Origin: Podarcis muralis
Taxonomy: Eukaryota
Direction of reading: 5' to 3'
NCBI RefSeq assembly: GCF_964188315.1
Contig: NC_135667.1
Coordinates: 9,796,001 to 9,860,000 of the forward strand
DNA length: 64,000 nucleotides
The notes beneath the pieces were generated by a model. It had not been told where the DNA came from, did no database searches, and saw nothing but the letters and a program-made list of their open reading frames with translations. Positions within the stretch are counted from its first letter, which is position 1, and every line of letters begins with the position of its first letter. The position numbers were made by a program, and so were the translations under genes. Positions 38,156 to 49,412 of the stretch are shown here, in pieces.

Positions 38156-39103
38156 ATGAGGAACAACACTGTTGTGAGGGAATTCATACTCCTGGGCTTC
38201 AGTGACAAATGCTGGCTTGAAATCTTGATCTTTCTCCTGCTCTCCACCACGTATTTTCTGACCATATTGGGAAACACAGTGATTATTCTGATCACGCTGG
38301 TGAATAAGCAGCTCTACACCCCAATGTATTTCTTCCTCCGACATCTTGCAGTTGTGGACATTGGTTTCACCAGCACCGTCCTTCCAAAAGCTTTGACCAA
38401 CATGGCCAATGGCCAACGGACTATCTCCCTACCTGGTTGTTTCATGCAGATGTATCTATACCTGGTTGTGGGAACCACAGAGTTTGCTCTGGCGGCGGTC
38501 ATGTCCATTGACAGATATGTGGCTATCTGCAACCCTCTTCACTACTCAACCATAATGAATGGCCGAACCTGCTCATTGATGGTGCTCTGCTCTTGGGCTG
38601 GGGGATTTTTGCTTATCATGGCTCCAGCAATTACATTATTTCAAATGCCCTTTTGTGGTCCAAATGCCATGGACCATTTTTTCTGTGACATTGGGCCTCT
38701 GATTAAACTGGCATGCACAGATACAAGTCTTCTGGAACTCATGGTTCTCCTCACCGCTGTTCTTTCTCTCCTCGGGACCTTGGCTATAAACATTGTATCC
38801 TACATCAATATTATTTCCACCATCATGCGCATCCCATCAACTGCAGGGAGGCAAAAGGCTTTCTCCACTTGCGCTTCTCACAGCATCATGGTCTCTCTCG
38901 GCTACGGCAGTTGCATTTTCATGTACATAAAACCAAAAGGCGCCAATGAATTAATTTTCAACAAAGGGGTGGCTCTTCTGAACACTGTGGTGGCCCCTCT
39001 TCTCATCCCTTTCATATATTGCCTTAGGAACAGACAGGTCCAGGATGCCTTGAGAGGAACAACTAGGCAATTTGTTGGGAGGTTTTATAAGACTCCAAAT
39101 TGA
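38156..39103 (+). CDS. Olfactory receptor, OR6C-like ('OR7'), 315 aa
   Basis: Intact ORF starting MRNNTVVREF; TM7 reads PLLIPFIY; ttttcag acceptor at 38140-38141. Confidence 0.96.
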   Translation: MRNNTVVREFILLGFSDKCWLEILIFLLLSTTYFLTILGNTVIILITLVNKQLYTPMYFFLRHLAVVDIGFTSTVLPKALTNMANGQRTISLPGCFMQMYLYLVVGTTEFALAAVMSIDRYVAICNPLHYSTIMNGRTCSLMVLCSWAGGFLLIMAPAITLFQMPFCGPNAMDHFFCDIGPLIKLACTDTSLLELMVLLTAVLSLLGTLAINIVSYINIISTIMRIPSTAGRQKAFSTCASHSIMVSLGYGSCIFMYIKPKGANELIFNKGVALLNTVVAPLLIPFIYCLRNRQVQDALRGTTRQFVGRFYKTPN

Positions 39104-39307
39104 TTTTGGGTAGGATTTGGCATCAAAATCAGGAACCTTTGGGTGCCGGCTGCAATAGGTAACCATTTCCATTAAATTCTGTTTTGTGGAACGGGTCACA
39201 TTCACACCATGCATTTAAAGCAGTGTTGCACCTCTTTAAACTCCCATGGCTTCCCCTCAAAGTATCCCAGGAACTGTAGTATATTAAGGGTTCTTAGAGT
39301 TGTTAGG

Positions 39308-39839
39308 TGTCAGGGACTGTGCTGAGGAGGGCTACAATGAGGAGGCATGGTGGGAGCTACCGCCTCCCCCTGACCCTGAATCTCCCCAGGAGCAGGAGGA
39401 CAGTATAGATGTAGAACAGTGGTTTGCAGAGGGGCATAGTTCAGAAGGGGAAAGCTGGGAAAATGGATGAAGAGCAGCTTGGAGAAGAAACACTGGAAGA
39501 GAGAGGGTTAACAGATTCACAGTTGTTGGATAGCATCCCCCTACCCTTCCCTCTCCACATTCTAGGAGAGCTGAGAAAATTGCTGAACAGAAAGTACAGC
39601 AACTACAGGCTCGGGTTACCAGACATAGGGGTGACGCAGATTGGGAGGGTGTGTGTGTGCGTGCGCGCGTGCGCGTGCGTGTGTGGCCTTAATTGGGAAT
39701 ACCGCCATTCTTAGTGGGAGACATTTGTTATCCCTCACTGTGATTCTTATAGAATTCAAACTAGTAAGAAGACTCCGCTCACTTTGTTTTGCTTATCTAC
39801 TGCCAAGGGAGGAGGAAGCCGATTCCTTGAAGCCTGACA
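39308..39839 (+). mobile_element. Solo LTR, 532 bp, inserted in a palindromic MITE-like repeat
   Basis: TGTCAGG...CCTGACA ends, exact TSD TTAGG (39303-07, 39840-44). Confidence 0.92.
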
Positions 39840-40443
39840 TTAGGAGATCCCTTTTTCCCTTCCGGAGTGGTTTAACAACTCTTAACCCAGGAAGTGAGGG
39901 ATGAGCCCATTTGAGAGCTAATGGAAGTCCTCACATTTATCAGTTGTGAATATTTTCTGTTGTAATCTTTGGAAGAATCAGGTCTTCTCTACACATTAGC
40001 AGTAAAAGCTGGGAGCTTTTTCTGAATGAATATTGTATGTGCTCAACAGAATTAGTGATGGGGAAAGAGTTTTTTCAGTTCACATTTCAAGATGAGCCCA
40101 CCTAATTCACACTTTCTGAAATAATGTGAGAACCAAAACATGGCCATTCTTTGAAATTTGCACCTCCTTGAATTTGTTTGTATTGGATCCCTTGCTATTT
40201 TGTATTTATTTGGATATCTCAATCTAGTTATCTCTTTTGCCTTTGCTGATTAATAAATTTGGTTTAAAAAAAATAAAGCCAGAGGGAGGTTGCTTTTTAA
40301 AATCAACAAAAAAACAATTAACTCATAGTGAGTTCTTTCCTTGAATCTTACGGGATTACTTTCCAATTGTTCTAAAATTACCAAGTTAAAGAATGGGGCA
40401 CTTTAAAAAGCTATGTTTTTAATCATGACTGATCGTGCTGCGG

Positions 40444-40902
40444 TGTCAGGCTGCGTTGTCAGCCAAGAATCAGAGAAATGATAGTTCTTACCAAGCAATT
40501 TATTCAATAATTCACAGAGAGTGAGGAAGGAATGCAGCCTTCCCTAATAATGGTGTTGCTGCAAATAAAGTCCCACCCCCCATGTGTCTTCCCTATTCTG
40601 CATCACCCCTGCATCGGCTAATCTGAGCTTTCTGCATCTGAGCTTTCTGTTCTACTACCTTCAGTGCACGCCTGGTCCTGGGAGGCGGGTCAGGTATGCT
40701 TTCCAAGGTCACTGAGTCTGTCAGCTGTCTCTCTCCTGGCGCTTCTTCTTCTTGCTGTTCCTCTTCCAATATTTCCCAGCTTCTGCCCTCTGCAGTGTTT
40801 TACTAAATACTCTTCTAAATCTATACTGTCCTCCTGTTCTCAGGAAGGTTCAGGAGAAAGGGGATTGGCCTCCACCATTCCTCCTCAGTCCAGCCCCTGA
40901 CA
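40444..40902 (-). mobile_element. Solo LTR, 459 bp
   Basis: TGTCAGG...CCTGACA ends; TSD tgcgg/tgggg (4 of 5); AATAAA on minus strand near 40500. Confidence 0.88.
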
Positions 40903-41160
40903 TGGGGTCACACATGTCTTGTGGCATGGATCCTGTCTCCCAACGTTGCAAGAAAAGGTGTGGAGGAGCACCCTGAGGGAAGAGTTGAGGCAGGCCTTCA
41001 ACACTTCTGTTGGGATTCTGTCTTATCCTGGGAGTTGATGGTGTTCTTCAGCTCATCAGGGGGAGGAAGGACATCTAACTCTTCCAAGATAGGCAGAGTC
41101 TGGATGCAGTCAATGGCTGTGTCAGCAACCATGCTTTCCTGCGAGTACAGTTCTTGATAG
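40903..41160 (-). mobile_element. RTE-clade LINE internal fragment
   Basis: YQELYSQESMVADTAIDCIQTLPILEELD...DRIPTEVLK...WETGSMPQDM resembles the RTE ORF2 region before the RT core. Confidence 0.65.
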
Positions 41161-41307
41161 AACCTTCAAGGAAGGAGAGTCCACAACCTTCCAAGGGAGT
41201 CCATTTCACTGTAGGACAGCTCTTACCCTCAGAAAGTTCCTCCTGTTGTTTAGTTAGAATCTCCTTTCTTGTAACTTGAAGCTATTGGTTTGAGTACTAC
41301 CAACCAA

Positions 41308-41672
41308 ATAATAATGATGATGATGATGATAATTTATTATTTATACCCTGCCCATCTGGCTGGGTTTCCCCAGCCACTCTGGGCGGCTTCCAATAGAATA
41401 TTAAAACCAATACAGCACCCAACATTAAAAACTTCCCTAAACAGGGTCGCCTTCAGTTGTCTTTTAAAAGTAAGATCATTGCTTATTTCCTTGACATCTG
41501 CTGGGAGGACGTTCCACAGGGCAGGCGCCACCACTGAAAAGGCCCTCTGCCTGGTTCCCTGTAACCTCACTTTTCACAGTGAGGGAACCGCCAGAAGGCC
41601 CTCAGCGCTGGACCTCAGTGTCCGGGCTGGACAATGGGGGTGGAGACGCTCCTTCAGGTATTCAGGACCAAG
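41308..41672 (-). mobile_element. L2 LINE 3' end
   Basis: LQGTRQRAFSVVAPALWN; same family as the 35.8, 58.6, 60.1 and 63.1 kb copies. Confidence 0.85.
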
Positions 41673-42661
41673 GTAGTTTTAACAAACTGCTGGAAAAACC
41701 AGTTTTCCTGGGGCAATTCACAGTATATTCCAAGCACTTGAACAAAAATGTATTTCAGGTGTATTTGATTTTGCATTTCATATCATTACTTTACTTTATT
41801 CTCCTTTTACTCCAAGGAGTCAAGCAGAAATCAATTCATTAACTTATGTCTGAGTAGGGATATGATCTCAAGTCTCCCCATGCTTAGCTGGACTCTAACC
41901 CCTTCAACACACAAATCCGCTTTAAACTACATGCCAATAATCATTATCCTTCAACCAGGCTATATTTATTCCTGTAACCATGCGTGTGTGTGCTACTTTA
42001 CAAAGCAGGAGGGCAGCACTTAGCTGCAAGGTCTAGGAAATGCATTCCTCTCTGTGTGCATTCTAATGTTGATTCATTATATGGATCAATAAATAGTATT
42101 AAATTCCAGGGATGGGCAGAAGGTATATTAGAATAGCTACTGTTAAATCTCTGGTTGATTTGTAGTAGTTCAGGCAAAGTTTCTGACTCTCGACTGTCTG
42201 AAAATAACAGCAGTTAAAAATCTCCTCCACCTTCTAAATCTGGCTACTGAAAAGGCATTATCATAGTTCAATGATATGTTCCACTCATACATAGTGTGTG
42301 GTTTGGGGAAAGTCCTGAAAATCAAAAAGAGAGGCTAGGAGAACCACATTTGTCTCCCAAGCCTGATGTACCTCACCCCTGCTAAACAAAATGCACCTGT
42401 CTTAGGACTATATAGTTCCCTCTTCATTTCAGAGAATGACGTTATGGTCCACTACAGTACATTTAGTTCAACTGTAAGGTATAAGTGCAGGTAAAATCAC
42501 CACAATTCTTTCTATCATACAAAGTTTCTGGTGATCTTCTCACAAATGAACAAGGGCTTACATTGAAAAAGTGTAGCTGAAGACAGAATATTGAGGAATT
42601 GAACATGAGGGTCACTGGAAAGTTCCAGCTATGTACTGAAGTCAATGCTTTGCCCACAAAA

Positions 42662-43630
42662 TTAAGCATGATTCATGAGCAACTTCCGAAGCTTCTGAGT
42701 CTCTGAAGCTTTGCCCTGACCAAAAATCCCTTGCAAGATGCCCTTGACCAAATCATTTCTCAGTGTATACACGAAAGGACTCAGGAATGGGTTGACTATG
42801 CTACTCAGTAATGCTGGAACCTTGCGAGCCCCCAAAGCAGATTTCTTAGATGGGATCACATACAGTAAGATGGAGATGCTTACAGCCATTAGGAACAAGG
42901 TGAGATGAGAGGCACATGTGTTGAAGGCCTTCTTCCTCCCAGTGTCAGTGGGTATGGCCAAAATGGTGGAGACAATGTACGCATAGGAGATGAGAGTTAG
43001 AACCAAGGAGCAGAGGATGACCATTGTTGACAGCAGAAAAGTGATTATCTGTATCAAGCCTGTATCGGTACAGGATAGTTTCAGCAGAGGCTCACTGTCA
43101 CAGAAGAAGTGGTCAATGACATGGGACTTGCAATAGGAGAACTTGGTGATCATGATGGTTGGATAGAGGACAGAGATGAACCCACCCAGCCAGCAGACCA
43201 ATACCAATTGGACACAAACCTGGCCATTCATAATGATGGGGTAACGTAATGGGTTGCATATGGCTACATAACGGTCATAGGACATGGACGTCAAGAGGAA
43301 GTACTCCACTGTGGCCAAAAAGAAGTAGAAGTAGGATTGGGCCATGCAGCTAGCAAAAGAAATGGTCTTGGCTCCAGAAAGAAGGCCCCTTAGCAAGCTC
43401 GGAACAGTCACAGTCGAAAAAGCAAGGTCCAGGATGGAGAGGTTGCCAAGGAAGAAGTACATGGGTGTATGGAGGCTGCTGTTGGTGGAGGTAATGAACA
43501 GAACGACCATGTTACCCAACAGTGTCAAGATGTACACAGCTATGAGAACTGTTGCCAGCAGAATCTCTGCTTCACGTTGCATTAGAAAACCTATCAGGAT
43601 GAAGTCTTCATATCCGGTGCGGTTTCCCAT
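42662..43630 (-). CDS. Olfactory receptor, family 6/9A-like divergent type ('OR8'), 322 aa
   Basis: Starts MGNRTG; [48 protein letters not shown]; acceptor near 43638 after a T-rich tract. Confidence 0.95.
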   Translation of the reverse strand: MGNRTGYEDFILIGFLMQREAEILLATVLIAVYILTLLGNMVVLFITSTNSSLHTPMYFFLGNLSILDLAFSTVTVPSLLRGLLSGAKTISFASCMAQSYFYFFLATVEYFLLTSMSYDRYVAICNPLRYPIIMNGQVCVQLVLVCWLGGFISVLYPTIMITKFSYCKSHVIDHFFCDSEPLLKLSCTDTGLIQIITFLLSTMVILCSLVLTLISYAYIVSTILAIPTDTGRKKAFNTCASHLTLFLMAVSISILLYVIPSKKSALGARKVPALLSSIVNPFLSPFVYTLRNDLVKGILQGIFGQGKASETQKLRKLLMNHA

Positions 43631-44328
43631 CTCTAATCTTTCAAAACAAAACAAAACAAAACACACACACACACAAACAAACACAAAGAGAATTTGCTCC
43701 ATAAATTGGCATGCAACAGCAATCTAATTAATTTCTAGCGCAGATTTGAGTTTCAAAGAGTTGGAAGGGACTTCAGAAATCTTGTAGACCAACTGCCTGC
43801 TGATGTAGGCTATGTGTTGCTACACCATGCCTGAAAGGCTGTCGTCCAGCATCTGCCTAAAAGTTTCTAATGAAATCTGGGAGCCCATGGAATCATATAC
43901 AGATTCAGCTGCTTAAATTTCAAATACAGTTTTAAGGATTGTATATCAGCATTGAAAACTACTTCTTCCTCCCTCCTCATCCCCCATCTACAACCACAAC
44001 CTGATGATCTGCAGCAGGGGTTTGCAGATTTCTGACTTGTCAGATCTATTTTGGATGACGATGATGATGAACTATAATCCTAAGATCTACCAAGCAGAAC
44101 CAGGTGGAAAAGACTTTCAAATAGACTGAGAGACCATGGTGCCTCTGAGTGGAACTGAGCTAAACTGAGAAGTACTCTCTTGGTTAGCTTTCTTCATTTC
44201 CACAGTCCAATTCAGCAGAAGAAGCGATTTTGTTGCTCTCGGTGCCCAATGATTGGGAGTTTGAAACCCTTTCTGGTCTACTGCAAATCAGCTACACAAC
44301 TCCCAGTAGCTCATGATCAACCTTATTT

Positions 44329-44542
44329 TAGGGTTGCCATGTTTTAAATTTTTAAAAATGAAAATCCAGACAGAAAAGTTGTTGAGCCATTTTTATGGGA
44401 AATCAGCAAAAATGACACTGTTGACATGGGTTGCTATACGTCCAGATTTTGCCAGATATTTCTGCCGATTTCCACCCAGACACAGCTACCAACTACAATA
44501 GTCCATATACGTCCGGGGAATTTCAGATATGTGGCACCCCGA
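44329..44542. mobile_element. Older hAT-like MITE
   Basis: Imperfect TIR tagggttgcca/tggcaccccga; no clear TSD. Confidence 0.5.
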
Positions 44543-46332
44543 CTGATTTGTTCACTGATTATGGTTTTAAATCTGTAAGACAATTGACCCAAGAGGCTTA
44601 GAGAGGACAACAGGAGCAGGGGACCGTGGCATATAAGCCAAACTTTACAAAGTGACTTCTGATTTGTCCTGAAAACAAAGTAATACCCTTTTTGTGCACA
44701 TTCTCTCCCATTATCAACATGTTTGTACACTTTTTTTTTGTTTAGTAGAACCCTCCAGATTATTCACACAAGAAAGACTAGCCTCATCCTACAATATAAA
44801 TGGAAGGCAACTTGCCTGAAAAAGTGAAAAACGGCTGTGTAAAAATACTCACTTTAGCATATGAACAAGATGCAGTCTGATGTTCCTTTTAGTCCCATTT
44901 CATTTAATGAGAGACCCTAGGTGCTCTTCTTCTTTGCTGTATCCATCTAGTGGTGAATGACCATCTATCCTCTTTTTAATTGTCTAACAGCACATTCGTA
45001 AGACTCAGAAGTAAGTCCCCCTGAGTTCGAAATGACTTTGCTGAATCACTGCATTGAAAGGAAGGAACCTCAAAGGTCATTTGGTCTTCTGCCCTTGTGG
45101 CTGAAGTGTCACACTTCCCACAAACCACTTCATGTAGTATTAGCTTAATCTACCATTAGCTTAATCCATTTTGGAAGCATATAGAAATGGCAATATTGTT
45201 GTTCCAGGGAAACAACTGAGACAGCATGAAACGGTCAGTCCGCACTTTCCCTGCTTATCAGTGTTTTAAGCATGAATTTTGGGGAGCTTAAATGAACATT
45301 TTCTTCAATAAGAGATCACAACATGTGGGGGTGTTTTCCTCCTAAAATACAAATGCTGTTTGTGTGGAGTTGATTGATAGAAAATGTATAAGCAGAATGG
45401 ATTGGAAGGAAAGGGAATGAGACAGGAAAAGGCCCACTTACTAACAGGAGAGAAATTATTCCAAAAAGTATTTAAAGGAAAAATGGGAAGTGAGGTGAGT
45501 CCACAAGTTGAACAAGAAGTCAATGTTCAATTTGCACTCTACAGAAAAATCTGAAGCTTCTTCTCACCCAAAATCTCATCCCTCCTCCCCTCCTGCAGCC
45601 TACTTTCTCAATCCGTTGTGTGTTCACTTTCCTAAGATGATTCTATTCATCTTCTCTAGGGATGCAATCAGAAGAACATTCCAAGGCAAGGCTTACTTGT
45701 TAACAGGAAGCTAAGGGATTCCATTATTTGTCACCCTACAAGGTGAAGCACATCTACCACTGAATTTAATGAGACTTCAGGACAGAAGTTCAGTGGTAGG
45801 GCACATATTGTGCATGCTAAAGGTCCCAGGTTTTGCCCCTTGGGATCTCCTGACAGGGCTGGCGTTAGAGTTATGGTTATGGTTGCATTGGAGCAAGGAG
45901 AAAACCTCTTTCTGAAGCTTTGGGAATCTTTTGCCAATCACTGTGGGCAATACTGAGCCAGATGGACCAAGGATCTGACTTGGTGAAAGGCAGCTTCCTG
46001 TATTTCTATGCTTTTTAGCAAATTTGTATATTTTCCAGTCATCATGCCAAGGCTTGCATCTACGTAGTTCCCGCACTGTGTCTATACATAACAAAAATTC
46101 TGAATTTTATTATTTCCTTTCTTATGCGTACGTTCTGCCTTTCTTCCATCATGGAATCCAAGGTGGTGTGTGCATATGGTTCTCAAGTGGTAATCCATCT
46201 AACCACTGACCAGACACAGACCTACTTAGTTTCAGTGGTGGTATCATGTGCCTTCATATGGTATTGCCCTTGATTAAAAAAACACAAAAACTACAAAGTT
46301 ATATGCAGCTGCATCAGACCAAAATTCCTGTT

Positions 46333-46567
46333 AGAAGAAGAAGAGGAGTTTGGATTTGATATCCCGCTTTATCACTACCCGAAGGAGTCTCAAAGCGGCT
46401 AACATTCTTCTTTCCCTTCCTCCCCCACAACAAACACTGAGAGACTTCAAAGAAGTGTGACTAGCCCAAGGTCACCCAGCAGCTGCATGTGGAGGAGCGG
46501 AGACGCGAACCCGGTTCCCCAGATTACAAGTCTACTGCTCTTAAGCACTACACCACACTGGCTCTCC
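46333..46567 (-). mobile_element. Squam1-type SINE
   Basis: Reverse complement of the 9323 copy. Confidence 0.88.
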
Positions 46568-46740
46568 ACACTGGCTTGATGGATCAGTGTTAGAACATTG
46601 ATCCATCAAGCTCAGTGTTGTCTTCAATGAGCACCTGTCAGTCAGTGAAGACAATTCTGAACTAGATGGACCAACGACCTGTCTCAGAATAAGACAGCTT
46701 CCTGTGTAGCCCATAATCTTGTGGCCTACACTGAGTAGTC

Positions 46741-47072
46741 CAGGGATGGGGGACCTTTTTCAGCCCAAAGATCACGTGCAATTCTGGGCAACCATCTCAG
46801 GGCCACATAACAATGATGCGTCAGCTAGGAGTGTTAAGTGGATGGAGCTAAGAATGTTAATTTTACCACTGTACACACAGACACCTCCATCCTCCATCCA
46901 GTTTACCAAGAGACTTTATCAGGGTTCAGGGATACATTGTAGCTGGGGGGAAACACTCAAGAAGGTTGTGAAGCAGGATTGGTTAGGGGGGTGGCCTGAA
47001 AATAGTCCTAAGGGCCAGAAAGGGACATGAAGCGCTGCTGTCAGTCATTGGGCCTGAGGTTCACCATCCCTG
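46741..47072. mobile_element. Older hAT-like MITE
   Basis: Imperfect TIR cagggatgggggacct/aggttcaccatccctg; no clear TSD. Confidence 0.55.
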
Positions 47073-47314
47073 GACTCTGCCTCAGCAACAATACTCTTTT
47101 GTTGTTCTGTGATTTCCCTCCCTCATATCCTTATGAAGCAATCTAAAAACCACTTGTCACACCAGTGAGCTCCAGAAGTTTAGTATTTTGTGAAAAAGTA
47201 TTTTATCTGGTATGTTCTAAATCTGCTACCAGTCAATATCAGGGTGACCTAGGGTGTTATAGCAGTGTCCTTACCCAGGAGAAGCCTAGTCATGGTCAGT
47301 TCATTTATATAAGG

Positions 47315-47875
47315 CAGTGTTTCCCAACCGGTGTTCCGCGGCACACTACTGTGCCGTCAGACATTGGCTGGTGTGCCGTGGGAGGGAGGCGGGCGAGTCG
47401 GGCGGTGAGAGGCGGCGGCGGCGAGGATCCGCGTCGAGCCGGGGGCGGCTCCGCGGTGGTGGTGCCGAGCGGCGGGGCAGCGCGTGCAAAAGGGAGGAGC
47501 GCGAGACAGCGGAGGAGGAGGAGGCTGGCATGTCCGGGCAGCAGCAGCAACAACAGCAGCAGCAACTCCCGGCGACGGCTCCTCAAGCCCCGCCGCCGCC
47601 CCCTCCTCCGCCCGCTATCGCCGCCACCACCACAACAGCCGCCGCCGCCTCAGTTGCCGCCGTCCCTCAGTCCCTCGCTCTGCTGCCTCCTCCCACCCCC
47701 AAAGCTTGGAGGTTCCCCGGCAAGGGGGAGGGGAAAAAACTTTCACTTTCGTGCGTCCCTCCCGGCGTGACGCTGCGCGCTGACGTCACGGGGCGGGGCT
47801 TTAATGGTGGTGTGCCGTGAGATTTTTTTTCAGTAAACAGGTGTGCCGTTGCCCAAAAAAGTTTGGGAAACACTG
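47315..47875. mobile_element. Non-autonomous hAT element with GC-rich interior
   Basis: TIR CAGTGTTTCCCAA/TTGGGAAACACTG; exact 8-bp TSD ATATAAGG (47307-14, 47876-83); repeated subterminal GTGTGCCGT. Confidence 0.95.
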
Positions 47876-48145
47876 ATATAAGGGATAGAGTACTGGTGGC
47901 CCCCTAAATGTTGCTCCCGCAATCCCTGACCACCAGGTCAAACTGACTGGTACTGATGAGAGCTCATGTCCAACAATGTAAGCAGGTCCACAAGTTCAGC
48001 TTCCTTAATTTATATACCTCATTTCACACATGCATCATGCTCAAAGTGTTTTGTTTTTTTAATAAAAAATAGAGAATTTAACTTCATCTGCTATTGCGTT
48101 TCATTTCATTCTCTCCCTGATCCTCTGAGTCACCTCCAAACTTGT

Positions 48146-48495
48146 TTAAAAGGCCCTTTTTTCCCCACCATGGATCTCAAATTTTTGAGTACAGTGGTAC
48201 CTTGGGTTACAGATGCTTCAGGTTACAGACGCATCAGGTTACAGACTCCGCTAACCCAGAAATAGTACCTCGGGTTAAGAACTTTGCTTCAGGATGAGAA
48301 CAGAAATTTTGGGGCGGCGGCAGCAGCAGGAGGCCCCATTAGCTAAAGTGGTACCTCAGGTTAAGAACAGCTTCAGGTTAAGAACGGACCTCCAGAACGA
48401 ATTAAGTTCTTAACCCGAGGTACCACTGTAATCAACACCTTGTACTGCCTCAACACATCTTTCAGTTCCTGCTTCACAGTGTCATTTTTCAATGT
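48146..48495 (-). pseudogene. OR C-terminal remnant paralogous to OR9, split by a Tigger-like MITE
   Basis: TLKNDTVKQELKDVLRQYKVLI[MITE]TQKFEIHGGEKRAF* aligns to OR9 TLKNDTVKQALKDVLRQYKVLVTQKAWGSLQKKRPI*; the 3' flank is also paralogous. Confidence 0.88.
48192..48428. mobile_element. Tigger-like MITE inside the OR remnant
   Basis: TA-flanked terminal inverted repeats. Confidence 0.92.
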
Positions 48496-49412
48496 TTCCT
48501 CAGCACCCCAACCCAGAAGAAGCCTGATTGTAGTCAGTTTATTCATATCAGGGACAGGGAACATGTGGCCCTCTAAATGTTGCTCCCACAATCCCTGATC
48601 ACTGGAGCCTTATTGACCATCACTGATGAGAATTTGTGCCAGGCAACGTCAACTAGTCCACAAGTTCACCTTTCTCGAGTTACGTACTGCATTTCACACA
48701 GATTCACCATGTTTAAAGTGGGGGGTATTTTTAAAAGGAAATAGAGATTTCCAAACAATATGAAACACCTTATATATATATATTAATAAATGCATTCCAA
48801 ACACCATTGTATTTATCCATATACCATCTGTGTCTAAAAGCAATCCATTCATACGTTGCAAGAGTTGTCATACCGTTGGTCCGTTGTTCAAAGGGGACCA
48901 TGGTATTATCTTTCCAATCATAGACTCAAGGAGTTGAAAGGGGCCCAAGGCTCTCATCTAGTCCAAACCCCTGCAATGATCAATATCAGTCTTTGGCAGA
49001 AGTTAGAGCATGGAGAGTCCACCTACATTTATATGCTGTCAAATTTCAAATAATTGGTGTATGGTTTAAAATAATAATATTTGAGAATTTTAAATCCCCC
49101 CTCCAAAATGGTATATATACAGTATTACTTATAAACCTATATTTTGTATCCTATCACAATTTCAAGTTTTCTTCTTTTTCTTTTTGTCGTTTTTCTTTTC
49201 TATTCATTCACTTTATTTTCTTGCTGAAAAGTTTCAATAAAGCATAAAAAATAAAAATTACACAAATAAAATAGAGAATTTATCTACATCTGCCATTGCC
49301 TCTCCTCCCTTCAATCACAGTGACTACACAGTTACTCCCAAACAAAACAACTGGATGTTGTTTTAGCTTCTTCCATTTTCCCCTTGTGCCTATGAATCAC
49401 CTCCAAACTTAC

